Shown: positions 13,382 through 25,704 of the stretch, piece after piece
Numbering within the stretch: the first letter of the stretch is position 1
Layout of the letters: every line of letters begins with the position of its first letter
Source: Octopus vulgaris
Lineage: Eukaryota
NCBI GenBank assembly: GCA_951406725.2
Contig: OX597815.1
Span: forward strand, 124,496,001 to 124,560,000
Reading direction: 5' to 3'
Length of the DNA stretch: 64,000 nt
Translations under genes and position numbers: made by a program
The notes under the pieces: generated by a model
The model's database searches: none
The model's input: the letters and a program-made list of their open reading frames with translations, nothing else
What the model was told of the DNA's origin: nothing

Positions 13382-15899
13382 TGCAGGCCTAGCTGTTGGG
13401 GGTGTTTGTCTCCCCTTCGTAAATATATAAAGACACAGGAAATGTGTCAAGGCCGATAGGAAGCGTCGATGCTTCCTAGGGCTAAATAGCGGTGGTGTAA
13501 TTCCCTTACGGGACTGTCACGTTAAGTTGACAGTATACAACCACTCTATCGCTCCACCACCGCATATATCTCTATGAGATATTTAGAAATTTAATATTTC
13601 TGATCCTAGTAGATTTTTTTCTATAAATGCCAATCACTAGACATATACTTTGCAGTCAATTAAAGTGGAGTGGGTGGGACCTTATATCCCCTTCTTGGCT
13701 TGCAGTTTACGTTTGTTCTAACGGCATCAGTTTTCCATAGAGAAAAAAACTTTCTCTGTGGAACTCGACCACATCATCTACAAGACATCTTCAAATCTTA
13801 CATTATTTTTCAGTGTCATATCTTGCCGAACTAATTGATAAAATCTAGTCAAAAATGTTTAAAATTACCTTTGCTGAGTGTTACACTCCATTCCTTGGCT
13901 CGGCAATATTATCCATAATACCTATAGTGGTCAATTTTTACAATAGTTTCGAACTTTATTTCCTGTGGCGTAAACTCAACACTAGACTTAAAATGTTTCA
14001 AAGATCGTCTGATGCGTCTTGCAAGAATAAATTCTGTCGGTAACATGAAACTAAATTTCTACAAGTGTACCATTTCAAAAGTCCCAAAGCTTTCAACAGC
14101 TGTGCTAGGCTTAATCTAACTGATTTGGTGTTCAAATAAAGGCCAAAATAATTACGATCCTTTTCCAAGACTGATTTAAAATCTGTTGGTTGCGTTTTTG
14201 AGTTGTTTCACGTTCTTAGTAACATCGCATTGAAGTTAGCTATTCCGCTTAAATTCATTGGCTGAATTAAATAAATTGTGTGTTCTTGTGAATGAATTCT
14301 ATTCTTATATTTTAAGAAAAATCATTTAAGTTTATTGGGTGGATTAGTGTATTGTCTAAACGTAGCACTGCATTGTTGATAATATTACATATCGCACTAA
14401 ACATTTGTCTGTACAGAAGGGTAAGATTAGCTGCAACAAACGTACTTAGAGAAAGAAATTAAGTGTTCTTAAAATTGTAGCTTGCTCAGGTGTTAAGCCG
14501 CTTTCAGCTCCCTGGAGTAATTAAAAATTGACAGCTTTACCGGTCGTTTTAATGTGCCTCTTAAAACTTCCAAATAATTCTTTAATACCCAAAGGGCTTT
14601 ATACTAGAATTTGCAACTCCCCTTTCTAGTTGTATCAACTTTTAGCTTTTACTTGAATGACCATCGTGTTTATCGGCTTCTTACATTCAATCGTAGATCC
14701 ATGCTCAGAAACATTTACGTATTAAGCATCATATCAGATTTATTAAAAAATATGATACACATGCAATTATCGTTGTAAATGTTTGAGTTCTTGACCTAAT
14801 ATTCTCTATTTTGTTGCGTATTGTTTTTGATACTTTTCTAATGTGGCTGGATTTTTCTACGCTGGAATCCATTGTAAAACATCAAGTTTAACGTCTTACG
14901 TGATACCTCTACGACCCCTGTTTTCACTGCTGCTTCCACTTCCACTTGATGGCATCTTTCTATAAGAGTTTGGGACTAAATTCAGTTGCGAGTGGAGACA
15001 GGCAAAAAGTAAAACCCCAAAAGTAAAAACACTAGGATCTAAGAGATGTTCTGAGTTGTAAAAAAACAATAACTTTATTGCTTGGTATGCAATAACGAAA
15101 AAGGAAGGATTGGAGGTGTGATATCAAAATGAATGAAATGGTAATATGTGGGTGGAAATTCTGTGCCCACAAAAAGGTGGAAGAACGGACAAAGAAGCAT
15201 TGGAAATAATACTGAAAGCATTAAAAAACAAGGTCATTTGAACTGGTGCATGTGCAAACAGGATGGAGGCTGAACAAGGAAAGAATATTAAGAGTAATGA
15301 AAAGAAATTCTTGCAGAAGAAAAATGATCTAAATAATTGAATTGGTTGGCTGCAAGCAAAAAGAATTTACAGAGATTGAATAAATAAATCTAATGAGAGG
15401 AGTGGCAGGGCGTATTAAAGTGTCAACCCAATTTTATTTTATAACTGAGTAAGTGTTTATACGTAAATATGTTTCGGGATTTTAGTTTTCAAGTTTCCCT
15501 AAGGGTGAAAAAAGAGGTCGTACTCAAAATTTTGTGTTTATAAATTAGAATTTTCGTAAGTGCAGGATTTCTTAACCGGAGGTTTTGTAAAGTGGGTTAC
15601 AGCCCTGCACGTGTAGTTATATAATACAGTCCACTATCACTCGCAAGTGAATATCTCTCCCTAGCATATACTATACTTTTATTTTTGCGGGTAGAATCAG
15701 GCACTCTCTCCGTCTCTTAACCCTTGCCGTAGCAAAATATCTTGGACATCATAGCTGGAGGTAGAGAGTGCTGCACCAGTACTCTGACTAGTACTCAGTT
15801 ACAGATAGATTAACTAGAACGACATGAAATGGAGTCTTGCTCAAGGACACAATACACTATCCGATCCAGGATTCGAACAAATGATGATACAATCATATA

Positions 15900-17050
15900 C
15901 AGAGGGTACAAGAGGTATATTTGATAATTTAATAGTTTGAAGGGATACTTGATTTAATAAAACAATTCTAATCTTGCAAAAACCAAATGTGCTTTAAAAA
16001 AATTGTGCACATATTCTCAATAACATTTCTTCTAAGATTATTCATGAACCCGCCTTCAGCTTTAATGCGGGACCGGAGTCGCTGACATGCCTGCACTAAC
16101 TGGTCCTTATTCATATTGGATATCATCTAGACTAGTGGTTCTCGACTGGTGGTCTGCAAATGTAGTACTGTGGGTCCGTGAACTAAATTCAAAATTTCAT
16201 ATGTATATATATATATGTATGTGTGTGTCTGTGTGTGTATGTGTGTGTGTGTACACACATACATACAGCACATAAATATAAGCATATTAAAAGAGGTCCG
16301 TGGGGAACCACTGTAAAAAAGTTGTGAACCACTGATCTAGACAATGGTAGCCTTCAGCGAAGCTATAGTATTGTTAGGATGTCGATCAGTGGCTCTTTTA
16401 AGAACGCACTAAACATAGAAGTCTGTAGGATTTAAATATGCCGAGTATAGAGGTCACAAGTTTGGTGTTACATGACTGTAAATATTGTTTGACATCCATT
16501 TTGGGGTTACATGGGCTTTGTGAGAAAGTGTCGAGTCTTGTTGAAACACATATAGCCTTTTACTGCATACTTCATCCATGAAGGGCTTAACAACTGTCTC
16601 CAGCACCTCAACGCATCCAGCAGTATTAATTTGTGAAAAGACTTGTGAAACATTGTCAGGTGGTATGACATGATCTTCTTTACCCACCATACCTAAAACC
16701 ATCACAGTTCTTGGAAATTTAGTCTGCATCACCCTGGGAACATCAAGATGATCTACACTTAACTATCTGCATGTAACAATTCCTCCAATTAAAGATTTAG
16801 TTATGATCGACGTTTGTCTCATCAGAGAAGAACACACCATGGCCGTGAGGCATTTTAAGCTTAAGCAATTGCTCGCCACAGATCAAACGCTATTATTCTG
16901 TCATTGCATGCAACCCATATCGAATGTCCTTGTGCACCACAGTTCTGATAGTCCACTCCGACCCAGGGGTCTTTTGGTGATAACCCTCATTGATTTTATG
17001 CAATTGTCATCAATAGTTTTGAAAACGTTGAACGATTTGTGGTGTCTTTG
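15900..17050 (-). pseudogene. Decayed maT/mori-type (DD37D) Tc1/mariner transposon
   Basis: ORF 16454-16732 TKFPRTVMVLG...VLETVVKP...YVFQQDS..SHKA, followed by an LNP.DF motif and C-terminal QACQRLRSRIKAEGG. Confidence 0.75.
16133..16334. mobile_element. hAT (Charlie-like) MITE nested in the maT relic
   Basis: TIRs TAGTGGTTCTCGAC / GTTGTGAACCACTG; perfect 8-bp TSD ATCTAGAC at 16125-16132 and 16335-16342. Confidence 0.85.
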
Positions 17051-17615
17051 TAGTGTCCCCCCACCCTATCCCACACCCATCCCCCACAGACCCCACCTCT
17101 ACCCCACCCTCTGCCTACCCACAAACCCCAACTCTACCCCAACTCCCAGCCGAACCCACACCCCACCCGTGCTTTCCCCAATCTCGCCTCCCCCACCTCC
17201 CCACAACATCACACCACACCATACTACACCATACAACATTACACATTACATCACAACACACCAGCCACACACCCATCCCCACATCTTCACACCTACACAT
17301 ACATTGCTTTCGGAACGATCGTACTGACAAGTCCTACGGACGAAGGATTGCGTAAGTGATTTATTCGTTAATAGGCGAAACCGGTTTGCGATTAATTCTT
17401 GTTTTTTATATATTTTTCACCTGTCTTGCCCGCATATTGTTCTGGCGTCCGCTGAATTTTTCTCTGGAGAACATTCTTTCTTTGTAGTTTGATCGTAGGT
17501 GATCTACTTCTAGCATATGGCTGTCCACATAGTGGTTTTTAGCCTTTAAATATACACATGTATTAGAATTTTCTCTGATTTTTCAGATTTTTGTATGCTG
17601 CTACTGGTTTTAAAT

Positions 17616-17664
<49 letters not shown>

Positions 17665-17665
<1 letters not shown>

Positions 17666-18032
17666 TAGCAGTATCGCCCGGCGTTGCTCAGGTTTGTAAG
17701 GAAATAACTATAAAGCATTTTTAGAGAGTTATAGCCAAAAAATAGAAAAAAAATGATGGTAAATTTTTTTTGAGAGTTAAAACAGGTGGAGTTGCGTCCC
17801 CTAGACGGTCTGTGGTTTGGGTTTCTCATTCTACCCCATGTCGAATTTATCGATTTTTCAGAACTGGGGAACTTTTCAAAATTTTCGCTGCGTTAGTTTT
17901 GAATTATGACATTGGGCTATGTGTGTGTCAAGTTTCATCAGAATCGGTTGAAAGCCGTGGTCAGAGTGAGGGTACGAGAAAACAGACACACAGAAACACG
18001 CACAGACAAACTGCCGTTTATATAGAGAGAGA
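17665..18032 (-). mobile_element. Non-autonomous Helitron
   Basis: Minus strand begins TC and ends CTAG, between A and T; subterminal GC-rich imperfect hairpin CCCGGCGTTGCTCAGG; AAGTTTCATCAGAATCGG motif. Confidence 0.7.
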
Positions 18033-18069
18033 TAATATATACTTTATTTAAAGCAGCAGAAAATTCATC

Positions 18070-18117
18070 AAAATCTGTTACTCTGAGTTTCTCGTTGCCG
18101 TTCATCAGACAGTTTTT
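18070..18117 (-). ncRNA. Type I hammerhead ribozyme (family 6)
   Basis: Minus: AAAAACTGT-CTGATGA-A-CG-GCAA-CG-A-GAA-ACTCAGAGT-A-ACAGATTTT; stem II closing pair is A.A; lies in a unit of about 180 nt (18041-18225) between TA runs. Confidence 0.6.
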
Positions 18118-18221
18118 GCTAGAATGGAACCGATATATCAATTCAATATTACTCTACCACTGGTATTTGAGTACTCTTTTTTCCACCTTGTTTCACATTT
18201 ATGTGTTTACTCCGGTATGTA

Positions 18222-18249
<28 letters not shown>

Positions 18250-18253
<4 letters not shown>

Positions 18254-19060
18254 ATTATATAAAAGTCAATGTCTGTGTGTTCGTGTGTTACTTATAGACT
18301 CGAAAACTACTGAACCGATCCTAATGAAATTTGGAACACGAAATCTAGGCTTAGGGGGAATGGTAATGCCGATTAGTTCATACGATTTTCAGGGGCATAC
18401 AGTGGGGCAGAACCCCTTTCCGTGAAAATTCATATACTTCGGGATTTGAACCATAGGTAGTAGAAATAAATTTTTAAAAATATACCCAAAATTTCCATTT
18501 CTTTGGATGATTCTAAGACACCCAAATGAGGGCTTAACCCCCAAATTTTGTTATTTTTCATGGATCAAAATTACTGAATGAATCCTTATGATATTTGGAA
18601 CTTGGATTCAATGCATAAGGACGGGTATAATGCAGTATGTTTGGTTTGAATTTGAGGGAGCTTAAAGGGGGAAGAATCCCCCATGAAAATCCATAAATTT
18701 CCGATGTTGATGAAAGTTCAACCATAGGTAATTGACACAAATCAAGAAGTAGTCCCAAAGTTTCCGCTTCTCTTGGGGATTCTAAGACACTCCCAAATTT
18801 TACTCATTTTTTATGATCCATAACAAGGCCAAAGGTATTGATTGTAATGCAGTATATGTTTATAAGTGAGGGGCCATAAATGAGGCTATAACAACCATGT
18901 AAATTCACATATTTTTGCTGTGGATGAAATTTTAGCCATAGATATTCGACACAAATGAAGTAATATTCCTAAAATTTCAACTTCTTAGGAGGATAGTAAG
19001 ACCTCTTAAGGGGGGCTTGACCCCCACAATTTAGTCATATTTCCTATACCAAGACAAATA
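18250..19060 (+). mobile_element. Helitron-like 5' region with about 240-bp internal subrepeats
   Basis: TATATAAAAG..TGTCTGTGTG..AAAACTACTGAACCGATCCTAATGAAATTT; CTAAGAC...GGGCTTAACCCCCA blocks recur near 18510, 18780, 19000 and 19740. Confidence 0.5.
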
Positions 19061-20094
19061 CAAATGTAGTCTTGGAAGGATGCATGATGAGCGTTATTTG
19101 TAATTCAATAGTACAACAGTGTAAGAGTTTGCTTTGAGGTATACTTAGATTGTGATTTCTGCAATGTTGTGCATAAATTGTCAAGTAAAGGAGAAGCATC
19201 TTTGCCTCCACTGGTTCAGTCGCAAAGTGTTATTTTGAGTAAAGTTATTTGGTTGCAGACCTCATTTGAGTATTTTTATTATCACTGGGTCAGAGATAGT
19301 CCCCAGATGGTAAACATTGATTTCAAGGCTTTTCCAGGTATGTGATTGGTCATTCAAAGAGATTTATAGATTGTAAATTTATTCTGTTCAGTTACTTATT
19401 GGCAAAGTGATCATTGGCAAACTCCAGAGGTTACACTTTCATTTCCCCTTAGCCCTCACGTCACACAGTTGTTAATGTTTATTTGAGTTGGGTCACGCCC
19501 TTCCAATTGTTATAGATCCGTAATGCATCTTACGGCTGTGCCGGTTACCTGTATGGTGAGAAATCCTACATTGGGGAGTGGTAACGGCTAGGGTAGGGAA
19601 AGCTGACTGCTTATTGTGATCATTCGTCTTTTGGTTTCCTGTAGCTTTCATTCATATATTTCTGATTTCAAAGGAGTTTGAAGAATAGATCCAAGTTAAA
19701 AAAGATTTCCAACAATTCAACTTCTCTGGTTGACTTTAAGACCTCTCTAATAGGGGCCTTAACTCCCATATTTTAGAGCTCCACGTGCTCTATTATATAT
19801 ATATAATGAGGTAAAAATAGAAAGGGAGAGATATACGATGCAAATCCAATATCAAAATGTCCTCTTTGCTTGTTTAGAAGCTCTTTTACTATCATTCAAA
19901 CCAAAGATTATTTCTGTATGGTATTATGGACGTCCCAGTTTCCAGAGAATTGCAGCTGTCCTCCCAGAAATATATTTACACATCCAATATAGATTTTCAG
20001 GAGCTCTTCATATATCCTGGATATCCGATTATATTCTCCATATCGCACATCTGGTCCATTTTAAAATAGTGCAGCTATTTACGTTATTTTAATA

Positions 20095-20240
20095 TTTACA
20101 TTACTTACATTTGACGGATATTTGTCCTCATATTGTTTGTTGTTAACACAACGTTTCGGCTGATATACCCTCCAGTCTTCATCAGGTATCTTGGGGAAAT
20201 TTCGAACCTGGGTTCTCATTCCTAAGGTATTTTTCGATGT
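20095..20240 (-). mobile_element. HH family 2 unit (hammerhead 20145-20190)
   Basis: Inverted partner of 22575-22747. Confidence 0.75.
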
Positions 20241-20265
20241 TGACAACAACATCGAAAAATACTTA

Positions 20266-20279
20266 TGTTGTTGTTGTTG

Positions 20280-20365
<86 letters not shown>

Positions 20366-20378
20366 AATAATAATAATG

Positions 20379-20455
<77 letters not shown>
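20266..20455. repeat. (TTG)n(TTA)n switching to (TAA)n microsatellite
   Basis: Direct reading; polarity flips near 20362. Confidence 0.95.
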
Positions 20456-20456
<1 letters not shown>

Positions 20457-22435
20457 TGGCCTGGATTGACTACAAAAAGGCGTTTGATAGCATCCCCCAC
20501 ACATGGATCCTCGAAACACTAGCCATTAACAAAGTAGCACCAACAATCATAAAATTCATAGAGTACTCTATGAATAAATGGCAAACAGTCCTACACCTCC
20601 AAACAAAAGAGGGACTCATGAAAACCAAAGACATCCCCATTAGAAGAGGAATATTCCAGGGAGACACGCTCTCTCCACTCCTTTTCTGCATGGCACTGTC
20701 ACCTCTATCTGATATGCTAAATAGAACTGGATGCGGATATAAATGTTACGGCAAAACGATCAGCCACCTTTTATATATGGATGACCTAAAACTATACGCT
20801 GCAAATGACAAACAGCTGGAAACACTATTAAAGACAGTTCATGGATTTACCAAAGAAATAGATATGAAATTTGGATTAGAAAAATGCGCCAAAGTAACCA
20901 TGAAAAGAGGAAAACTAGTTAAGAGTAACAACATCATACTAGATAAAACCAATGAAATAAAAGAATTAGACCAAAGCCAAACTTACAAATACTTAGGAAT
21001 CCATGAACTAGATAAGACACAACACACACAAATGAAAGAGAAAATAAAAAAAGGAATATTATAGACGAGTTAGATCAATACTAAACACAGAGCTCAATGC
21101 TAAAAACAAGATAATAGGTATCAACACTTTAGCTGTCCCAGTTATAAGTTACAGCTACAATATCCTTAACTGGACACGAAATGAACTGACCAAAATAGAT
21201 AGGAAAACAAGAAAAATAATGACAGGATCTAGGATGCATCACCCAAAATCTGACATAGAAAGACTATATATACAACGTATAAAAGGTGGTAGAGGCCTTA
21301 TACAGCTGGAAAACTACTATAAAATAACCACCATAGGACTGCAAAAATATCTACTTCAGAAGGAAGGAAAACTGATCCAGATAGCGGCAAAACACGAGCA
21401 AAACAAAAAACTGTTCTCAGTATTTAAGGAAGCTGACAAATACAAACAAGAAATCATACCACCTAATAAACATGAAGAAGAAGAAGAAGATGAAGAAACA
21501 ACAAAAGCTATAAAACAAATGAAATCCAAACTAAAAATAGAACAGCAACGAACCATGATAAAACGATGGCAAGAAAAGCCCATTCATGGTAAATACTGGA
21601 CTAAACTAAACGCAAAAGAAATAGACAAAGAAAAATCCCAGCAATGGTTGAGAAGCTCAGGACTCAAAGCAGAAACAGAGGGATTTTTAATTGCAGCACA
21701 AGACCAAAGCCTCCCCACCAGAAATTGCCCAAAACATTTAATGAAAAGAAATATTACAAGTAACTGCAGAATATGTGGAGATGGACAAGAAACAATAAAT
21801 CATATTATCTCTAGCTGCCCAGTCCTGGCTAAGAAAGAATATATTCACAGACATGACAGAGTTGGAACCTACATACATTGGAAGCTATGCCAACATTATG
21901 GAATAACAACAGAAAAAAGATGGTATAGGCACACACCAGAAAAGGTCACAGAAAACGAGAAAGCAACCATACTCTGGGATATGCCGATACACACAGATAG
22001 AGAAATTAAGGCCAACAGACCAGATATAGTTGTCAGAGACCATGAAGAAAAAAAAATGCTTTCTAATTGATGTATCAATACCGGCTGATGACAACGTGTC
22101 TCTAAAAGAAATGGAGAAACTCTCAAAATACAAAGACCTGGAAATAGAGGTAACTAGAATGTGGAATCTGAAAACAGAAACAATTCCTATCATAGTAGGT
22201 GCATTAGGCATGATAAAAAAATATTCAGACAAATACTTAACAAAAACACCCGGACTTACAAACACATATAACATACAGAAAATTGCACTACTAGGCACTG
22301 CACACATCCTATGCAGAACACTTTCCATACAATAACCATCAGAGCATCACAACAACTCACAGCACATACCCAAGGCACACAGAGCTGTGCTCGGTAGTGA
22401 AGTGAAAGCACGCTATAAAAATAAAACTACTGAAT
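20456..22435 (+). mobile_element. 5'-truncated Dong/R4-clade non-LTR retrotransposon (RT, CCHC finger, restriction-like endonuclease)
   Basis: WIDYKKAFDSI, RGIFQGDTLSPLLF, HLLYMDDLKL, YKYLG; CRIC..ETINHIISSC..RHD; RPDIV..IDVSIP..EKLSKY; stop at 22335, about 100-nt 3' UTR, (TAA)n on both sides; two +1 shifts in A runs. Confidence 0.92.
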
Positions 22436-22448
22436 AATAATAATAATG

Positions 22449-22563
<115 letters not shown>

Positions 22564-22574
22564 TAATAACAACA

Positions 22575-22747
22575 ACGAAAAATACTTTAGGAATGAGAAA
22601 TCAGGTTCGAACTTTCCCCAAGACACCTGATGAAGGCTGGAGGGTATATCAGCTGAAACGTTGTGTTAACAACAAACAAGATGAAGACTACTATCAGTCA
22701 AATGTAAATAATGTACATAATTCCTCATCTCTTAAATATAGAACTGT
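22575..22747 (+). mobile_element. HH family 2 unit
   Basis: Follows (TAA)n; matches the copies at 11014 and 20095 in the opposite orientation. Confidence 0.75.
22622..22667 (+). ncRNA. Minimal type I hammerhead ribozyme (family 2)
   Basis: GACAC-CTGATGA-A-GGCTG-loop-CAGCT-GAAACGTT-GTGTT; stem III reduced to palindrome AACGTT, GUU site. Confidence 0.6.
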
Positions 22748-23511
22748 ATTACGTTATTTTCTTATAAACGTAGGCAAAACAAAGTATCTCTAATTTTCTT
22801 CTCTGTCCATGTTGTTCTTGTAGTAGTAAATTTGTGGATGTTGAAGAATATCAACTCAGAAGGCTTGTCTCCTCACCAAATTATTAAAAATATCCATAAA
22901 AATAAAGTCACACCATACGTCTTCAAAATAGAGCTTATTGGAAAATGTAATTCTAGATGCATTGCGTCTAACATCATGAAAGACGGGAAGGGCATGATGG
23001 AATGCTTTTTGATCATAAAAGTTACTGTTGGCTAAACGACAACAAAAAAAAAAACGTAAGGCTACAAGCAGCTGCAAGAACGACAGCAATAACAACAGTC
23101 ACACCCCCAGCGTACAGACCCTATAATAACATAAGTAACATTTACATACAGTTGATGAAATCCTTAGAATCCGGTTGAAAATCTGATACTTGCCATTGGG
23201 GGAACCTACTGTAATACATTAACCATTTTAAACTAGCAAATAAAATATCATTATCGTAGTATGTGTGTAGGGGGGTAATGCTCACTATATATTGGATGAA
23301 AATATCAGTGATGAAAGCCTATATCCTTCATAAACCATGAAAGATGAAACGGATCAGCTCATTTGATATTGTGTAGGCGCAATTAAGTCAGTTTTCAGAC
23401 AATGTATATCTATATGTGTACATATTTACATAATGCTAACAATTATATTGAATAAAACATTTCTTTTAAATAAAAGCCAGACATTTTTCATGAGATATGT
23501 ACATATAATAA

Positions 23512-23594
<83 letters not shown>

Positions 23595-23697
23595 TGTGTG
23601 TGTGTAAGAGTGAGCGAGAAAGAAAGAGAGAGAAAGTGAGAGAGACAGAAAGAGAAGAGAAAGAGAGAGAGAGGAAAAGAGAGAAAGAGAGAGAAAG

Positions 23698-23728
<31 letters not shown>

Positions 23729-24070
23729 AAGAGAGAGAGAAAGAGCGAGAGAGAAATTGATAGATAGATACATACATACATAAATGCATACATACGTAAG
23801 TACATACATACATGAATACATACAGATTCATACGCGTAAGGCACTCACATAAACACATACACTCGCACACTTGCACTCACATACACACGCGCACTTGCAC
23901 GCACGCACACATGTACGCACGCACGCACACATACACGCACGCACACATGCACACACACACACACGCACGCACACACACATACATACACACATATATATAT
24001 ATATATATGTATATATAGACACACACGTGTACTTACAGATGAAAATATGCTTGTGCGTGCGTATGTGTGT

Positions 24071-24102
<32 letters not shown>

Positions 24103-24684
24103 AGCATACTATACATTCTCTTCTCTTTTTACTCTTTCTTTCTTCCTCAGCTTCATTCGCTCTATTTCACACTCCCTGATATTGCCTATCCCTCTGTCGA
24201 ACTGTCTGCTTCTTCGTCTGTCTCCCTATTCTGGGAATCTGTCTGCCTCTCAATGTGTTTATGCATATCTGCAAGGAAATAGATCGTAATTTGATATCAG
24301 ATAATGTATGATTTGCACAGCAGTGTGCAGATCTGAAGACATTTTTCAGCCTGCAACTAAGGGCCGTTTGCAGACTTTATATTGCACTCTAGTGTAAAAA
24401 CAATATGCAAGATAGACTATTTGTATTCCGTTTAAGGTTTCTTCAAACTCAAAACCAGAAAGACAATTCGAGACAGAATGTCTGAGAGTGAGAATGAAAG
24501 AGGAAAAGAGAGAGCAAAAGAGAAAGAAACTGAAGAAAAGACAGCCGAGAAATACGTGGAAGCTCGAAAGTTTGAACGAGGGAGAGTGAGGAGATGTGTG
24601 AATGTGAAAGTGTAATCAAGGAATGAAAGAATGAATAAATGAATGAAAGAAACAAAATATGTTTGTGCGCGCGCGTATGTGTGC

Positions 24685-24734
<50 letters not shown>

Positions 24735-24997
24735 AGGTACCTGTACTAATGAATGAAGTGTGAGAAAAGAAGTTTTAAAATGGTTGTTGTATTTATATGC
24801 AGGTATGAGTTTATATATATATATATATATAACGTAAAGTATAGTAGCCATCAATATGGCTAACCACTAGGGGTGGGTGCTACTGTAGCTTTTAGCCCCA
24901 GGAGATCATCGTCTCCAGCTGGCTTTAGGCACACTATCTGTGCCCTCATGGTATTTGCAAAGGTAGGTCATCCCTCTCTCGTAAGCCTAAGTGATTC

Positions 24998-25040
24998 GCA
25001 CGGACTGCAGTTTCGAGGTGTTTGCCTCTTGTCAACGCAC
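24998..25040 (-). ncRNA. Type I hammerhead, U3:A8 core variant (family 4)
   Basis: Minus: GTGCG-TTGACAA-GAGG-CAAACA-CCTC-GAA-ACTGCAGT-C-CGTGC. Confidence 0.75.
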
Positions 25041-25405
25041 GGTAATCACCGGTTTACGATGAAAAGGAAGACCTGTTTGCAAATACTTATGGGTTTTTCT
25101 AGTAACTACTGTCACTGATTTCGAAATACTGTCTGCAAGCAATAATAAATCTCTGAACGAGATGTACACAGTAACCGCTTGACAACGTAAAGTATACTAG
25201 CCATCAATATGGCTAACCACTAAGGGTGGGTGTTACTGTAGCTTTTAGCCCCAGGAGATCATTGTCTGTTACATCTGTTACATCTCGTTCAGAGATTTAT
25301 TATTGCTTGCAGACAGTTTTTTCGAAATCAGTGACAGTAGTTACTAGAAAAACCCATAAGTATTTGCAAACAGGTCTTCCTTTTCATCGTAAACAGGTGA
25401 TTACC

Positions 25406-25448
25406 GTGCGTTGACAAGAGGCAAACACCTCGAAACTGCAGTCCATGC
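25406..25448 (+). ncRNA. Type I hammerhead, U3:A8 core variant (family 4, plus copy)
   Basis: Same motif; one stem I mismatch (CATGC). Confidence 0.7.
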
Positions 25449-25704
25449 GTATCACTTAGGCTTACGAAAGAGGGATGACCGCCCTTTGCAAATGCCATAA
25501 GGGCACATATAGTGTGCCTAAAGCCACCTGGAGACGATGATCTCCTGGAGCTATAAGCGACAGTAACACCCACCCTTAGTGGTTAGCCATATTGATGGCT
25601 AGTACACTTTACGTTGTCAAGCGGTTATTGTTTACATCTCGTTCAGAGATTTATTATTTATATATATATATATATAAGTGACCAAAGTGTACGTACGCAG
25701 TTAT

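Larger units (their letters stand above)
12897..13604. mobile_element. Hammerhead-bearing foldback element, HH family 3 (about 360-nt monomer)
   Basis: Inverted arms about 12897-13160 and 13205-13463 with nested palindromes; GAAATTTAATATTTCTGAT repeated at 13226 and 13586. Confidence 0.8.
24831..25658. mobile_element. Retrozyme-like element, HH family 4: two inverted, greater-than-unit copies of a 353-354 nt monomer
   Basis: AACGTAAAGTATA at 24831 and 25184; ACATCTCGTTCAGAGATTTATTA at 25280 and 25634; 25277-25658 is inverted relative to 24831-25266; (TA)n flanks. Confidence 0.85.

Noticed and set aside
13700-15420. Possible old LINE fragments
   Set aside because: Only isolated weak motifs; no alignable frame
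16803-17355. Pro/His/Thr-rich ORFs
   Set aside because: Antisense to the maT relic plus a low-complexity C/A-rich tract
20237-20455. Poly-V/I/N N-terminus of the 275-aa ORF
   Set aside because: Microsatellite read-through; RT homology starts at 20456
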